From Bacteroidota bacterium (GTDB lineage Bacteria > Bacteroidota > Bacteroidia > 2-12-FULL-35-15), in NCBI GenBank assembly GCA_023251835.1, contig JAHEXZ010000022.1:251-64250 (forward strand): a stretch of DNA of 64,000 nucleotides, written 5' to 3'. A model generated the notes under the pieces. That model was not told where the DNA came from, did no database searches, and was given only the letters and a program-made list of their open reading frames with translations. Position numbers and translations under genes: made by a program. Shown in pieces: positions 19,371 through 28,852 of this stretch; position 1 is the stretch's first letter; the number at the start of each line of letters is the position of its first letter.

Positions 19371-20621
19371 ATGCACTGGCCCAAATTAACATCTGACAAA
19401 ATAAAAAAGAGGATAATTGAGGCACTAACCAAGAATGTAAATTATAGGAAAACCCCTATATTAGGGGTTCCTGCAACCTATCTTGATCCTGAAGTATTTT
19501 ATGATGATGCTCCTTTTCTCAATAATGCTCCCTTTTTATCTACGCTTATAGCCAATCCCAATCATATTGGTTGTCATACTTTGGGTGGCGATACCGAAAA
19601 ACTTTTTAAAGGAACCCAGGAAATAGAAAAAGAATTAATAAAACTTTGTGCAGAACAGATTTTTTATGGGAACCCCGATGCACAAGATGGATACATTGCT
19701 TCAGGTGGGACAGAAGCTAATATTGAAGCCTTGTGGATATACAGAAATTTTTTTATAAAACAATACAACGCGCAACCAAACGAAATAGCGCTTATTTATT
19801 CAGAAGATAGCCATTATTCATTAGCAAAAGGGAGTAATATTTTAAATATTAATTCCATTAAGATAAGTGTTGAACCAACAAACAGGATTCTTAACCTTTT
19901 GGAATTAGAAAAAAAAACAGAATTGGCAAAAGCCAATGGAATCAAACATTTTATTGTGAATATGAATTTGTCAACTACTATGTTCGGCTCTGTAGACGAT
20001 ATTGATAAAGTAACTATGTTGCTCAATAGAAAAAATATCAATTATAAACTACATGTTGATGCAGCGTTTGGAGGGTTTATATACCCTTTTTCAAATCCTG
20101 AAAACAGTTACACGTTTAAAAACCCTTATATCACTTCCTTTACAATCGATGCTCACAAGATGCTTCAAACACCTTACGGAACAGGTATTTTTCTGATACG
20201 AAAAGGTTATATGCAATATGTACGTACAACAGAAGCACAATATGTTGCCGGTACAGACCATACATTGTGTGGAAGCCGTTCTGGTGCAAATGCCATCGCA
20301 GTATGGATGGTGCTCCATAATTATGGTTCGGAAGGATGGAAAACAAAAATGCAGACACTGGTAGATAAAACTACTGATATTTGTTATCAATTGGATGAAA
20401 TAGGTATCCGTTATTTCAGAAACCCCTATCTCAATATTATTGCTATCCATGCTTCCGGTATATCCGGTTCAGTTGCCTCAAAATACTTTCTTGTAGCTGA
20501 CAGTTATGAACATGAACCACAATGGTGGAAAATTGTTGTAATGCCACACATCACCCGAGGTTCAATCGATTCATTCATCAGTGATTTAAAATCTGAGATT
20601 AAAATAAAACAGCGTAATTAA
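19371..20621 (+). CDS. PLP-dependent group II decarboxylase (aspartate/tyrosine/histidine decarboxylase-like)
   Basis: SGGTEAN, HYS, LHVDAAFGG, DAHK (PLP lysine), GSRSGA. Confidence 0.9.
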   Translation: MHWPKLTSDKIKKRIIEALTKNVNYRKTPILGVPATYLDPEVFYDDAPFLNNAPFLSTLIANPNHIGCHTLGGDTEKLFKGTQEIEKELIKLCAEQIFYGNPDAQDGYIASGGTEANIEALWIYRNFFIKQYNAQPNEIALIYSEDSHYSLAKGSNILNINSIKISVEPTNRILNLLELEKKTELAKANGIKHFIVNMNLSTTMFGSVDDIDKVTMLLNRKNINYKLHVDAAFGGFIYPFSNPENSYTFKNPYITSFTIDAHKMLQTPYGTGIFLIRKGYMQYVRTTEAQYVAGTDHTLCGSRSGANAIAVWMVLHNYGSEGWKTKMQTLVDKTTDICYQLDEIGIRYFRNPYLNIIAIHASGISGSVASKYFLVADSYEHEPQWWKIVVMPHITRGSIDSFISDLKSEIKIKQRN

Positions 20622-20679
20622 TATACTATAATTTCAAATCAACAATTTTTGTTGTATTAATAAAAAACACTCTACTTCA

Positions 20680-21132
20680 ATGTACATCCGTCTGACAAAA
20701 GAATTTGAATTTGAAATGGCTCATGCATTGTTAGGTCATGACGGCCCTTGCAGGAATATTCACGGACATTCTTACCATTTTTCAATTACTATAAAAGGTA
20801 TACCTGTAAAAGATCGGAAAAACCCCAAAACCGGAATGGTGGCTGATTTTTCAGATATAAAAAGAATTGTTGTAAATACAATAATACAACCGTTTGACCA
20901 TGCACTCATGTTGAACAAGGCCACTGAGAAAAATATTCTTTCAGGATTGGAAAATCAAAAACTTATCCTGGTTGATTTCCAACCTACTTGCGAAAATATA
21001 CTTATCTATATTGAAAAAAAATTAAAGGAAATACTGCCTTCAGACCTAATACTTCATCATTTACTCCTACGTGAAACAAACTCCTCGTTTGCTGAATGGT
21101 ATGCAGAAGATAATGAACATATATCGGCATAA
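20680..21132 (+). CDS. queD: 6-carboxytetrahydropterin synthase (QueD/PTPS family)
   Basis: FEMAH...CRNIHGHSY...DH...PTCEN...RET motifs. Confidence 0.85.
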   Translation: MYIRLTKEFEFEMAHALLGHDGPCRNIHGHSYHFSITIKGIPVKDRKNPKTGMVADFSDIKRIVVNTIIQPFDHALMLNKATEKNILSGLENQKLILVDFQPTCENILIYIEKKLKEILPSDLILHHLLLRETNSSFAEWYAEDNEHISA

Positions 21133-21144
21133 CCCAAAATTTAC

Positions 21145-22368
21145 TCAGACATTCAGCTCATTCAATGCCAGCCACGCCATCAGCCCTGCACCTATCTCAA
21201 GAGCAGCTTCATCAATATCAAAGGTAGTAGTATGAACGCCACTGGTAATTCCTTTGACTTTATTACCAGTTCCTAATCTATAAAAACAAGATGGTACCTG
21301 TTGAGAAAAAAATGCAAAATCTTCAGCCGTCATTCGTAACGACAGTTCTTCAACATTTTCTTTTCCAAGATACTCCTCTGTTGCCTGACGTGCACGTAAA
21401 GTAACAGCTTCATCATTCACTAAAAAAGGATACCCTTGTTCTATTCTAAAGTCACAGATACCTCCCATTTGCTTTGCAATGTTTTGAGCCAATTGTTTCA
21501 TCATTTCATGTGCTTCTGCTCTCCACTCTTCATTCATCGTCCGAAATGTTCCTTCAATTCTAACCTCATCCGGAATAACATTCGTAGCACCACTACCTGT
21601 AATTTTGCCAAAAGCCAGCACTGTTGGGGCTTTTTGCTCTTGTTGCATGAAAGCTTTATCTAACTCCAATATTATTTTTGAAGTAATTAATAAAGGATTG
21701 TTATAATCGGCAGGCATGGCAGCATGGCCACCTTTTCCCTTAACAGTCATGTATAATTCATCTGTGCTTGCCATATACATCCCACTACGAAACCCTACCT
21801 TACCCGTTTCCATACTTGGAAATACATGCTGTCCAAACATACTTTCCGGACTTGGGTTTTCAAGTACACCTTCTCGTATCATAAGAGAAGCACCTCCCGG
21901 CAACTTTTCCTCTCCCGGTTGAAAAATTAATTTTATCGTGCCTTCAAAATCATTTTTCAATTCATTTAAAATTCTGGCAGCTCCCAGCAATGAAGCACTA
22001 TGTACATCATGCCCACAGGCATGCATTACGCCATTATTTTGTGACTTATATTCAACATTATTCAACTCTGTAATAGGCAAGGCGTCCATATCTGCACGCA
22101 AAGCAATGCACTTCTCCTCCACCCGCTCTCCCTCTTTTACCAGGAAGGAAGAATGTTTGTTTCCTTTTATTATACCCACAATTCCGGTTTTTACAATACC
22201 TTGTTGAAAAGGAATCCTGTATTCTTTAAGTTTGGAAGCAATATAATTGCTTGTATTATATTCTTCAAAAGATAATTCGGGATGTGCATGCAAATATCTT
22301 CTGATTTCGGTTATTTCAGAAACATATTGTTTAGCAAGTAGTTGTATTTTCGATTTTAAATCGTTCAT
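21145..22368 (-). CDS. M20 family amidohydrolase with a repeat-derived loop insertion
   Basis: HAHPELS, ALRADMDALP, HACGHD, QPGEE, EDF, H motifs. Confidence 0.95.
   Translation of the reverse strand: MNDLKSKIQLLAKQYVSEITEIRRYLHAHPELSFEEYNTSNYIASKLKEYRIPFQQGIVKTGIVGIIKGNKHSSFLVKEGERVEEKCIALRADMDALPITELNNVEYKSQNNGVMHACGHDVHSASLLGAARILNELKNDFEGTIKLIFQPGEEKLPGGASLMIREGVLENPSPESMFGQHVFPSMETGKVGFRSGMYMASTDELYMTVKGKGGHAAMPADYNNPLLITSKIILELDKAFMQQEQKAPTVLAFGKITGSGATNVIPDEVRIEGTFRTMNEEWRAEAHEMMKQLAQNIAKQMGGICDFRIEQGYPFLVNDEAVTLRARQATEEYLGKENVEELSLRMTAEDFAFFSQQVPSCFYRLGTGNKVKGITSGVHTTTFDIDEAALEIGAGLMAWLALNELNV
22117..22152. repeat. Degenerate C/T-rich then G/A-rich palindromic repeat inside the M20 gene
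   Basis: CTCCACCCGCTCTCCCTCTTTTACCAGGAAGGAAGA resembles the copies at 41159, 43151 and 61187. Confidence 0.5.
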
Positions 22369-22374
22369 ACTATT

Positions 22375-22761
22375 TTATTTACCAAAAATCATTTTCAGTG
22401 AAAGTAAAAATATAATTACTCCAAACACCTTCCTTAACATAACCTGATCAATCGAAATAGACAGTTTTGAACCAAAGTAACTGCCTATTATAAATGTGCT
22501 GCCCATAACCAAAGCTGTTTTCCACTCAATATACCCCGCCTGATAATAATTAAAAACACCTAATATACCAATAGGTAACAGAAACATAAATAATACTGTT
22601 CCCTGTGCCTGATGTTGGGAATAACCCATAAAATAAATTAATGCCGGAACTATTACAATTCCGCCTCCAATACCAACCAAACCACTTAACATACCAGCAA
22701 TCAAGCCAAGGCAAAGTAAAATAACAAGTGTTCCCATATTTATGTTTTTTTGTTGCATCAC
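22375..22761 (-). CDS. Half-size TSUP (TauE/SafE) family transporter
   Basis: GLIAGMLSGLVGIGGGIVIVPAL and QHQAQGT motifs; four TM helices. Confidence 0.9.
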   Translation of the reverse strand: MMQQKNINMGTLVILLCLGLIAGMLSGLVGIGGGIVIVPALIYFMGYSQHQAQGTVLFMFLLPIGILGVFNYYQAGYIEWKTALVMGSTFIIGSYFGSKLSISIDQVMLRKVFGVIIFLLSLKMIFGK

Positions 22762-22966
22762 ACCTAAAAATTACAAAAATCCCAATAACTATAGGGACGA
22801 ATATACTAATTAATGATTGTTTATTTACATTTTTAATTTTTTTCACTACCTTCGTAAAAGTGGGTGTTTTGTGCGGATTAGTGAAATAAAAAGAATAGAA
22901 CTGCTTGTTATTAAATAGCAGATTTCGGCAACAAAATAGTTGAATTTATTTTTAATAAGATTCAAA

Positions 22967-25900
22967 ATGCGAATAAGCCTACTATTTCCATCGAAATTAT
23001 TCTTTGGAGCTTTACTGCTCCTGCTTTTTACTCCAAACTCAATAAAGGCAACGCATGTACAGGGTGGAAATCTTACCTATAGATGTTTAGGTGGAAACCA
23101 ATACGAAATAACGTTAGCGCTTTACAGAGATTGTGCAGGCGCTAATGCACCTACATCAGTCTCGATCAAACGGAAGTCTGTATTATGTGGAATTAACACC
23201 ACCTTTACACTTAATAAAATTGCAGGAACAGGTATTGAGGTTTCACCTATTTGCCCCGGTTCAACTTCAAAATGTTCTAATGGCTCACTACCAGGCGTAC
23301 AGGAATACATTTACCGGGGAATTGTTACGCTGCCTTCCTGCTCAGACTGGATTCTATCATATTCCATAAGCGCAAGGAATGCTGCTATAACCACAATTCA
23401 AACCCCAAGTTCAATGTCGATGTACATTGAAGCAACATTAAATAATCTTAATTTCCCATGCAACAGTTCACCCACATTTACTAATCGTCCGGTACCATAT
23501 ATTTGCGTTGGCCAACTCTATTGTTTTAATAATGGTTCAAATGACATTGATGGGGATTCGCTCTCTTATACATTAATTACCCCACGTCATTCAGCAACAA
23601 CAAATGTTACATATATTGGAGGATATTCAGCAAACCAGCCATTAGCCTCTTCTCCTGCAGCGACATTTAATCCGGCTACAGGCGATATGTGCGTAACACC
23701 CACAATGCTGCAGGTAACAGTACTTGCCATGTTAGTAAAAGAATGGCGCAATGGAGTTTTAGTAGGTAGTGTCATGCGCGACATCCAAATCCAAACAATA
23801 ACTTGTTCAAATAATAATCCTTATTTAAACGGAATAAATAATACAGGTGTTTATACCATGAACACCTGTGCCGGCAGCCCATTAACGTTCAATATTCCCT
23901 CCTTTGATGCAGATATATCACAAAACGTTACTTTAAGCTGGAATTCGGGAATTTCAGGAGCAACCTTCAACGCAGGAACAGGCACAAGACCAACAGGTGT
24001 ATTTTCCTGGACACCAACATTAGCAGATGTTAGCAGTATACCCTATTGTTTTACCATCACTGTCAAAGACAATGCATGTCCTTTCATTGGCAGCCAAACC
24101 TATTCATTTTGTATAACAGTTGGCGGTTTTACAACAACCACATCAACGGTTAATGCTGTATGTACTGCTTCTAATGGTTCGGCATCAGTAAATGTTACAG
24201 GCGGTTTAGCACCTCTTGTCTATAATTGGCTTCCGGCAGGAAGTGCAGGCTCAATACCTACAGCCTCCGGTTTAGCTGCCGCATCATATACCTGCACAGT
24301 AACGGATGCGGTTGGGTGCTCTAAAACCCTTCCAATTACTGTAAGCTCAAGCCCAGGTGGTACTGCAACAATCGGTTCATTCTCAAACATTACCTGTAAT
24401 GGAGCAAATAATGGTACAGCAACAGTTACAATGAACGGCTCGGCAACACCACCATTTACTTATGTTTGGGTGCCATCTTCTGCAGGTACGGCAGTAACAG
24501 CTAACAATTTAGGCCCGGGAACTTATACTGTTAATGTTACTGATGCCAATGGCTGCATAGCTTCTGCATCACAAACTATCAGTGAACCAACTGTTTTAAC
24601 TGTCAGCCAAACATTTATAAACGTAGGTTGTTACGGAGGCATCACAGGAACAGCAACAGCAACAGCTTCCGGTGGAACAGGCCCTTATACTTATTTATGG
24701 ATGCCGGGAGCATTAAATACTGCTTCCATTGGTTCATTACCTATAGGATCTTATACTGTTACAGTTACTGATATAAATGGCTGCACAACATCAGGAACGG
24801 TTACTATTGTTCAACCTCCTGAATTGTCAATAACTGCATCAACAACCCCTGCAAATTGCGGGCAAACAAATGGTTCTGCAACAGTTACCGGTTCAGGAGG
24901 ATTTCCACCTTATACATGGTCTTGGTCAAACGGACAAACAAATGCAGCAGCAACGGGTTTAGCATCCGGAACATATACTGTAACTATTAGTGATCTAAAT
25001 CTTTGTACTGCTTCTGCACCTATTACCGTTGGAAACATTTCCGGTCCCACAGCTCAGATTACCTCATTCAGCAATGTAATATGCAATGGTGAAAATAATG
25101 GAAATGCCACAGTTGGTGTAACAGGTGGTTCTCCTCCATTTTCCTATTTATGGAGCAATGGCCAAACAACACCAACAGCAAATAATATGCCTGCAGGCAT
25201 ATACTCAGTATCAGCTACTGATGCAACAGGATGCATTGCATCAACAAGTATCGCAATAACACAACCTGCTACTTTGACTCTAAATGCTGTGAGTACTGAC
25301 CCTGTATGTTTTGGAAATACTAATGGAACTGCTACAGCAAGCGCAGTTGGCGGAACTACGCCTTATAGTTATGTTTGGACAATCAATGGTAATCCAACAA
25401 CTCCTGTTGTTACAGGTCTTGGTTCCGGTATTTATAGCGTTACAGTAGCCGATGCAAACGGATGTGTTAAAAATACTTCTGTTACTCTTACAAACCCACC
25501 AACATTAAGTACATCTATATCAAAAACAAACGCTTCATGTAACAACCTGTGTGATGGAACTGCAACAGCAACCATAAATAACGGAACCCCGCCATACATC
25601 TGTTTATGGAATAACCCTTCTGCTCAAACCGGGCCAACAGCAACCGGTTTATGTGCCGGTAGTTACACTGTTACTGTTTCAGATGCTCATGGTTGTCCTT
25701 CACAGGGAGTTATAACAATTTCAGAACCGCCTCCACTAATAGGTACAATTTCATCCGTTGGTAATTTAAATTGCTATGGTGTTTGCACTGGCTTTGCCCA
25801 AACCACAGCAACCGGTGGAACTGCGCCTTATTCCTATACCTGGCTGCCAGACTCATCTGCAAGCGCAACGGCATCAAATTTATGTGCCGGAACATACACC

Positions 25901-28852
25901 TGCACAGTTACAGATTCTAAAGGATGTATAGATACCACTGTTGCTACCATTACACAACCCGATCAATTAATTGCCGTTATCAGTGGAACAGATATTAACT
26001 GCTACGGTTCATGTGATGGAACCGGAAATATTGCTTTCTCAGGTGGAACAGCTCCGTATACTGCTTTATGGACTCCTGGCATGCAAACCATTTTCAATCC
26101 CAATAATTTATGTCCGGGCACTAACATCGGGAAAGTCACAGACGCAAAAGGCTGCTTGGTAACAGACAGCATAAACCTAATTCAATCGTATACCCCAATA
26201 ATTGTTTCAACAAGCATAACAAGTTCAAATTGCGGCCAGCCCAATGGTGGTGCGTGTGCTTCCGTTAGTGGAGGATTACCCCCTTATACCTATATCTGGA
26301 GTGATTCAAGTGTAACACAATCAGCTTGTGTAAATGCAATTCTGGCAGGCTCCTATACGGTTGAAGTAACTGACTCAAATGGCTGTATGGTTTCATCCGT
26401 AGCCAACATAAATGACATACTCTCACCTGCTGTTTCAATAACATCTCATACGGATTTATTGTGTTATGGTGATAGTAATGGAACAGCAACCATTACTATT
26501 TCAGGAGGCGTTGGCCCCTACAATCAATTTTGGATACCGGGAGGCCAAACTACCACTAATCCCAGTGATTTAGCAGGAGGCGTAAACACCGTCAAAATCA
26601 CAGATGCAGCAGGCTGTATTGCTTCAGCATCCGTAACCATAATAGAACCGCCTCCTGTTAATCATGCTATTTCGGGTCTGACAAATATCAGTTGTTATAG
26701 TGTATGTGATGGAACCGCCACTGTTGCTGCAGCAGGTGGAACAGGTAGTTTATCCTTTTTATGGGATGATCCGGCTTCACAAACAACCACCACCGCAACA
26801 GGATTATGTGCAGGAAACAGAACGGTTCTGATAACCGACTCAAATGGTTGTACTGCTTTAGATTCAGCTACAATTATTTCTGAGCCTAATTCACTTGCTA
26901 TTTCCGGCAGCTCAGTTACAAATATTACTTGTTTTGGAGATAATGATGGAAGCATTGTTCCTGTTGTGAGTGGTGGAACTCCTTATTATACTTTTACATG
27001 GTCTCCCACAGGAGGCAGCGATCCTGTTGCAAATGCTTTAGGCCCTGGAATATATACACTTACAGTTGCTGATCAAAATGGTTGTACAGTTAACCAAACC
27101 TGGTCAATTACACAACCACCACTGTTAACAGATACTTCAGCCTTTATATCCTCTCACTGCTGGCATGCCGATGGAACAGCCCTGATAACTGCATCAGGAG
27201 GAACAGTTCCGTATACCTATCAATGGAATGATTCAGCATTGCAAACAACACCAACTGCTGTTGATTTATACAGTGGCTCGTATATTGTTACTATTATTGA
27301 TTCAAACGGTTGTACGATTTCGCAGAATTATTTAATTAATGATATACCCGGCCCCATAATTAGCACTATTGCTTCAACACCAGTTCTTTGTAATGGCGAT
27401 AGTACCGGAACAGCTACAGTTTACCTAACTCCCGGAGCCGGAACAGCACCTTTTGTATATAATTGGAACCCTGGCAACCAGATAGATTCATTAACAACAG
27501 GATTAGCACAAGGTTCATACAGTATAACAGTAACAGATGCTGCAGGCTGTTCTGTAACGATTGTTGTTATTGTGAGTGAACCTCCGGTGTTACAATTATT
27601 CACAAGCATAAATGATACGCTTTGTTTCGGAGATACATCGCAGGTTTATACTACAGCATCGGGCGGAACACCAACATATAGCTATACATGGATAGATACT
27701 TCCGGAAATGGATTTACCGGGCCCGGCCCTTTTATGGTCACTCCAACATCCACAACTATTTATACCGCTTCAGTTACAGATAATAATGGATGTGCTGCCG
27801 GACCATCAGATATGCTTGTATATATAAAGCCACCATTAATAATCCAGGCATCCGATACCACTATATGCGGAGGTGATTCTGCAACAATATATGTAACTGT
27901 AGATAGCGCAAGCGTAGGCCCATTTATCTATCTATGGGATAATGGTGATACCACTCTGTCACAAGTTGTAACGCCTCCCTCTGACTCAATGGAAAGTAAT
28001 TATATTGTAACCGTTTCAAATGGCTGCTCAAGTCCTGTCAGCGATACTTCAAACATAACAATCAATCCGGCTCCTGTAGGTTCATTCCAGGCTTCACCCA
28101 ATACAGGCTGTGAACCGTTAACAGTTGTATTTAATGCCGTAAGCAATAGTGGAAACTCCTATTCATGGGATTTTGGCAATAGTAGCGTAAGCAGTGAAAA
28201 CCCGGCAACAATTACTTATGCCGATTCAGGATTATTTGATGTATCACTAACTATCACCGGCCCTTCGGGCTGCACATCAGTAATTGACAGCCTTTCATAT
28301 ATTACTGTATATCCTAAACCAACAGCAAATTTTGGGACAGAATCAACTTTATCACCATTGATTTCATTCAATGATTTGTCAACTCCAACAATTACTAACT
28401 GGCTCTGGGATTTTGGTGATTCAACAACCATTAACGATGCAAGCAATGACCAAAACCCTGCATATCAATATCAGGAAGCCGGAATTTACACTGTTACATT
28501 AATAGTAACCAACCAATTTGGTTGTATGGATACTACGCTACAACAACTTGAAATCTCTGAGAACTATGAATTTTATGCTCCCGGTTGTTTTACTCCTGAT
28601 GGTAATGCAATGAACGATGTTTTTATACCCAAAGGAATTGCTTTTGACGTTAACACATTTAAAATGATGATATTTGACCGATGGGGTAGTTTAATTTATT
28701 TTACAGATGATTTTCAAAAAGGCTGGGATGGCAGAGCAAATCATGGAACAGAAATAGCCCAGATAGGTGTATATGTATGGAAGGTGGAATTAGTAGATAA
28801 TGCAAACATTAAGCATAAGTATATAGGCCGGGTTACATTGATAAAGAATTAG
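22967..28852 (+). CDS. Large T9SS type-B cargo/adhesin with SprB repeats and PKD domains
   Basis: Signal peptide then ATHVQGGNLTY; many C.G...GTA....GG..PY.Y.W...GL.AG.Y.VTVTD.NGC repeats; PKD; CTD FYAPGCFTPDG...IFDRWG...WDG. Confidence 0.92.
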   Translation: MRISLLFPSKLFFGALLLLLFTPNSIKATHVQGGNLTYRCLGGNQYEITLALYRDCAGANAPTSVSIKRKSVLCGINTTFTLNKIAGTGIEVSPICPGSTSKCSNGSLPGVQEYIYRGIVTLPSCSDWILSYSISARNAAITTIQTPSSMSMYIEATLNNLNFPCNSSPTFTNRPVPYICVGQLYCFNNGSNDIDGDSLSYTLITPRHSATTNVTYIGGYSANQPLASSPAATFNPATGDMCVTPTMLQVTVLAMLVKEWRNGVLVGSVMRDIQIQTITCSNNNPYLNGINNTGVYTMNTCAGSPLTFNIPSFDADISQNVTLSWNSGISGATFNAGTGTRPTGVFSWTPTLADVSSIPYCFTITVKDNACPFIGSQTYSFCITVGGFTTTTSTVNAVCTASNGSASVNVTGGLAPLVYNWLPAGSAGSIPTASGLAAASYTCTVTDAVGCSKTLPITVSSSPGGTATIGSFSNITCNGANNGTATVTMNGSATPPFTYVWVPSSAGTAVTANNLGPGTYTVNVTDANGCIASASQTISEPTVLTVSQTFINVGCYGGITGTATATASGGTGPYTYLWMPGALNTASIGSLPIGSYTVTVTDINGCTTSGTVTIVQPPELSITASTTPANCGQTNGSATVTGSGGFPPYTWSWSNGQTNAAATGLASGTYTVTISDLNLCTASAPITVGNISGPTAQITSFSNVICNGENNGNATVGVTGGSPPFSYLWSNGQTTPTANNMPAGIYSVSATDATGCIASTSIAITQPATLTLNAVSTDPVCFGNTNGTATASAVGGTTPYSYVWTINGNPTTPVVTGLGSGIYSVTVADANGCVKNTSVTLTNPPTLSTSISKTNASCNNLCDGTATATINNGTPPYICLWNNPSAQTGPTATGLCAGSYTVTVSDAHGCPSQGVITISEPPPLIGTISSVGNLNCYGVCTGFAQTTATGGTAPYSYTWLPDSSASATASNLCAGTYTCTVTDSKGCIDTTVATITQPDQLIAVISGTDINCYGSCDGTGNIAFSGGTAPYTALWTPGMQTIFNPNNLCPGTNIGKVTDAKGCLVTDSINLIQSYTPIIVSTSITSSNCGQPNGGACASVSGGLPPYTYIWSDSSVTQSACVNAILAGSYTVEVTDSNGCMVSSVANINDILSPAVSITSHTDLLCYGDSNGTATITISGGVGPYNQFWIPGGQTTTNPSDLAGGVNTVKITDAAGCIASASVTIIEPPPVNHAISGLTNISCYSVCDGTATVAAAGGTGSLSFLWDDPASQTTTTATGLCAGNRTVLITDSNGCTALDSATIISEPNSLAISGSSVTNITCFGDNDGSIVPVVSGGTPYYTFTWSPTGGSDPVANALGPGIYTLTVADQNGCTVNQTWSITQPPLLTDTSAFISSHCWHADGTALITASGGTVPYTYQWNDSALQTTPTAVDLYSGSYIVTIIDSNGCTISQNYLINDIPGPIISTIASTPVLCNGDSTGTATVYLTPGAGTAPFVYNWNPGNQIDSLTTGLAQGSYSITVTDAAGCSVTIVVIVSEPPVLQLFTSINDTLCFGDTSQVYTTASGGTPTYSYTWIDTSGNGFTGPGPFMVTPTSTTIYTASVTDNNGCAAGPSDMLVYIKPPLIIQASDTTICGGDSATIYVTVDSASVGPFIYLWDNGDTTLSQVVTPPSDSMESNYIVTVSNGCSSPVSDTSNITINPAPVGSFQASPNTGCEPLTVVFNAVSNSGNSYSWDFGNSSVSSENPATITYADSGLFDVSLTITGPSGCTSVIDSLSYITVYPKPTANFGTESTLSPLISFNDLSTPTITNWLWDFGDSTTINDASNDQNPAYQYQEAGIYTVTLIVTNQFGCMDTTLQQLEISENYEFYAPGCFTPDGNAMNDVFIPKGIAFDVNTFKMMIFDRWGSLIYFTDDFQKGWDGRANHGTEIAQIGVYVWKVELVDNANIKHKYIGRVTLIKN

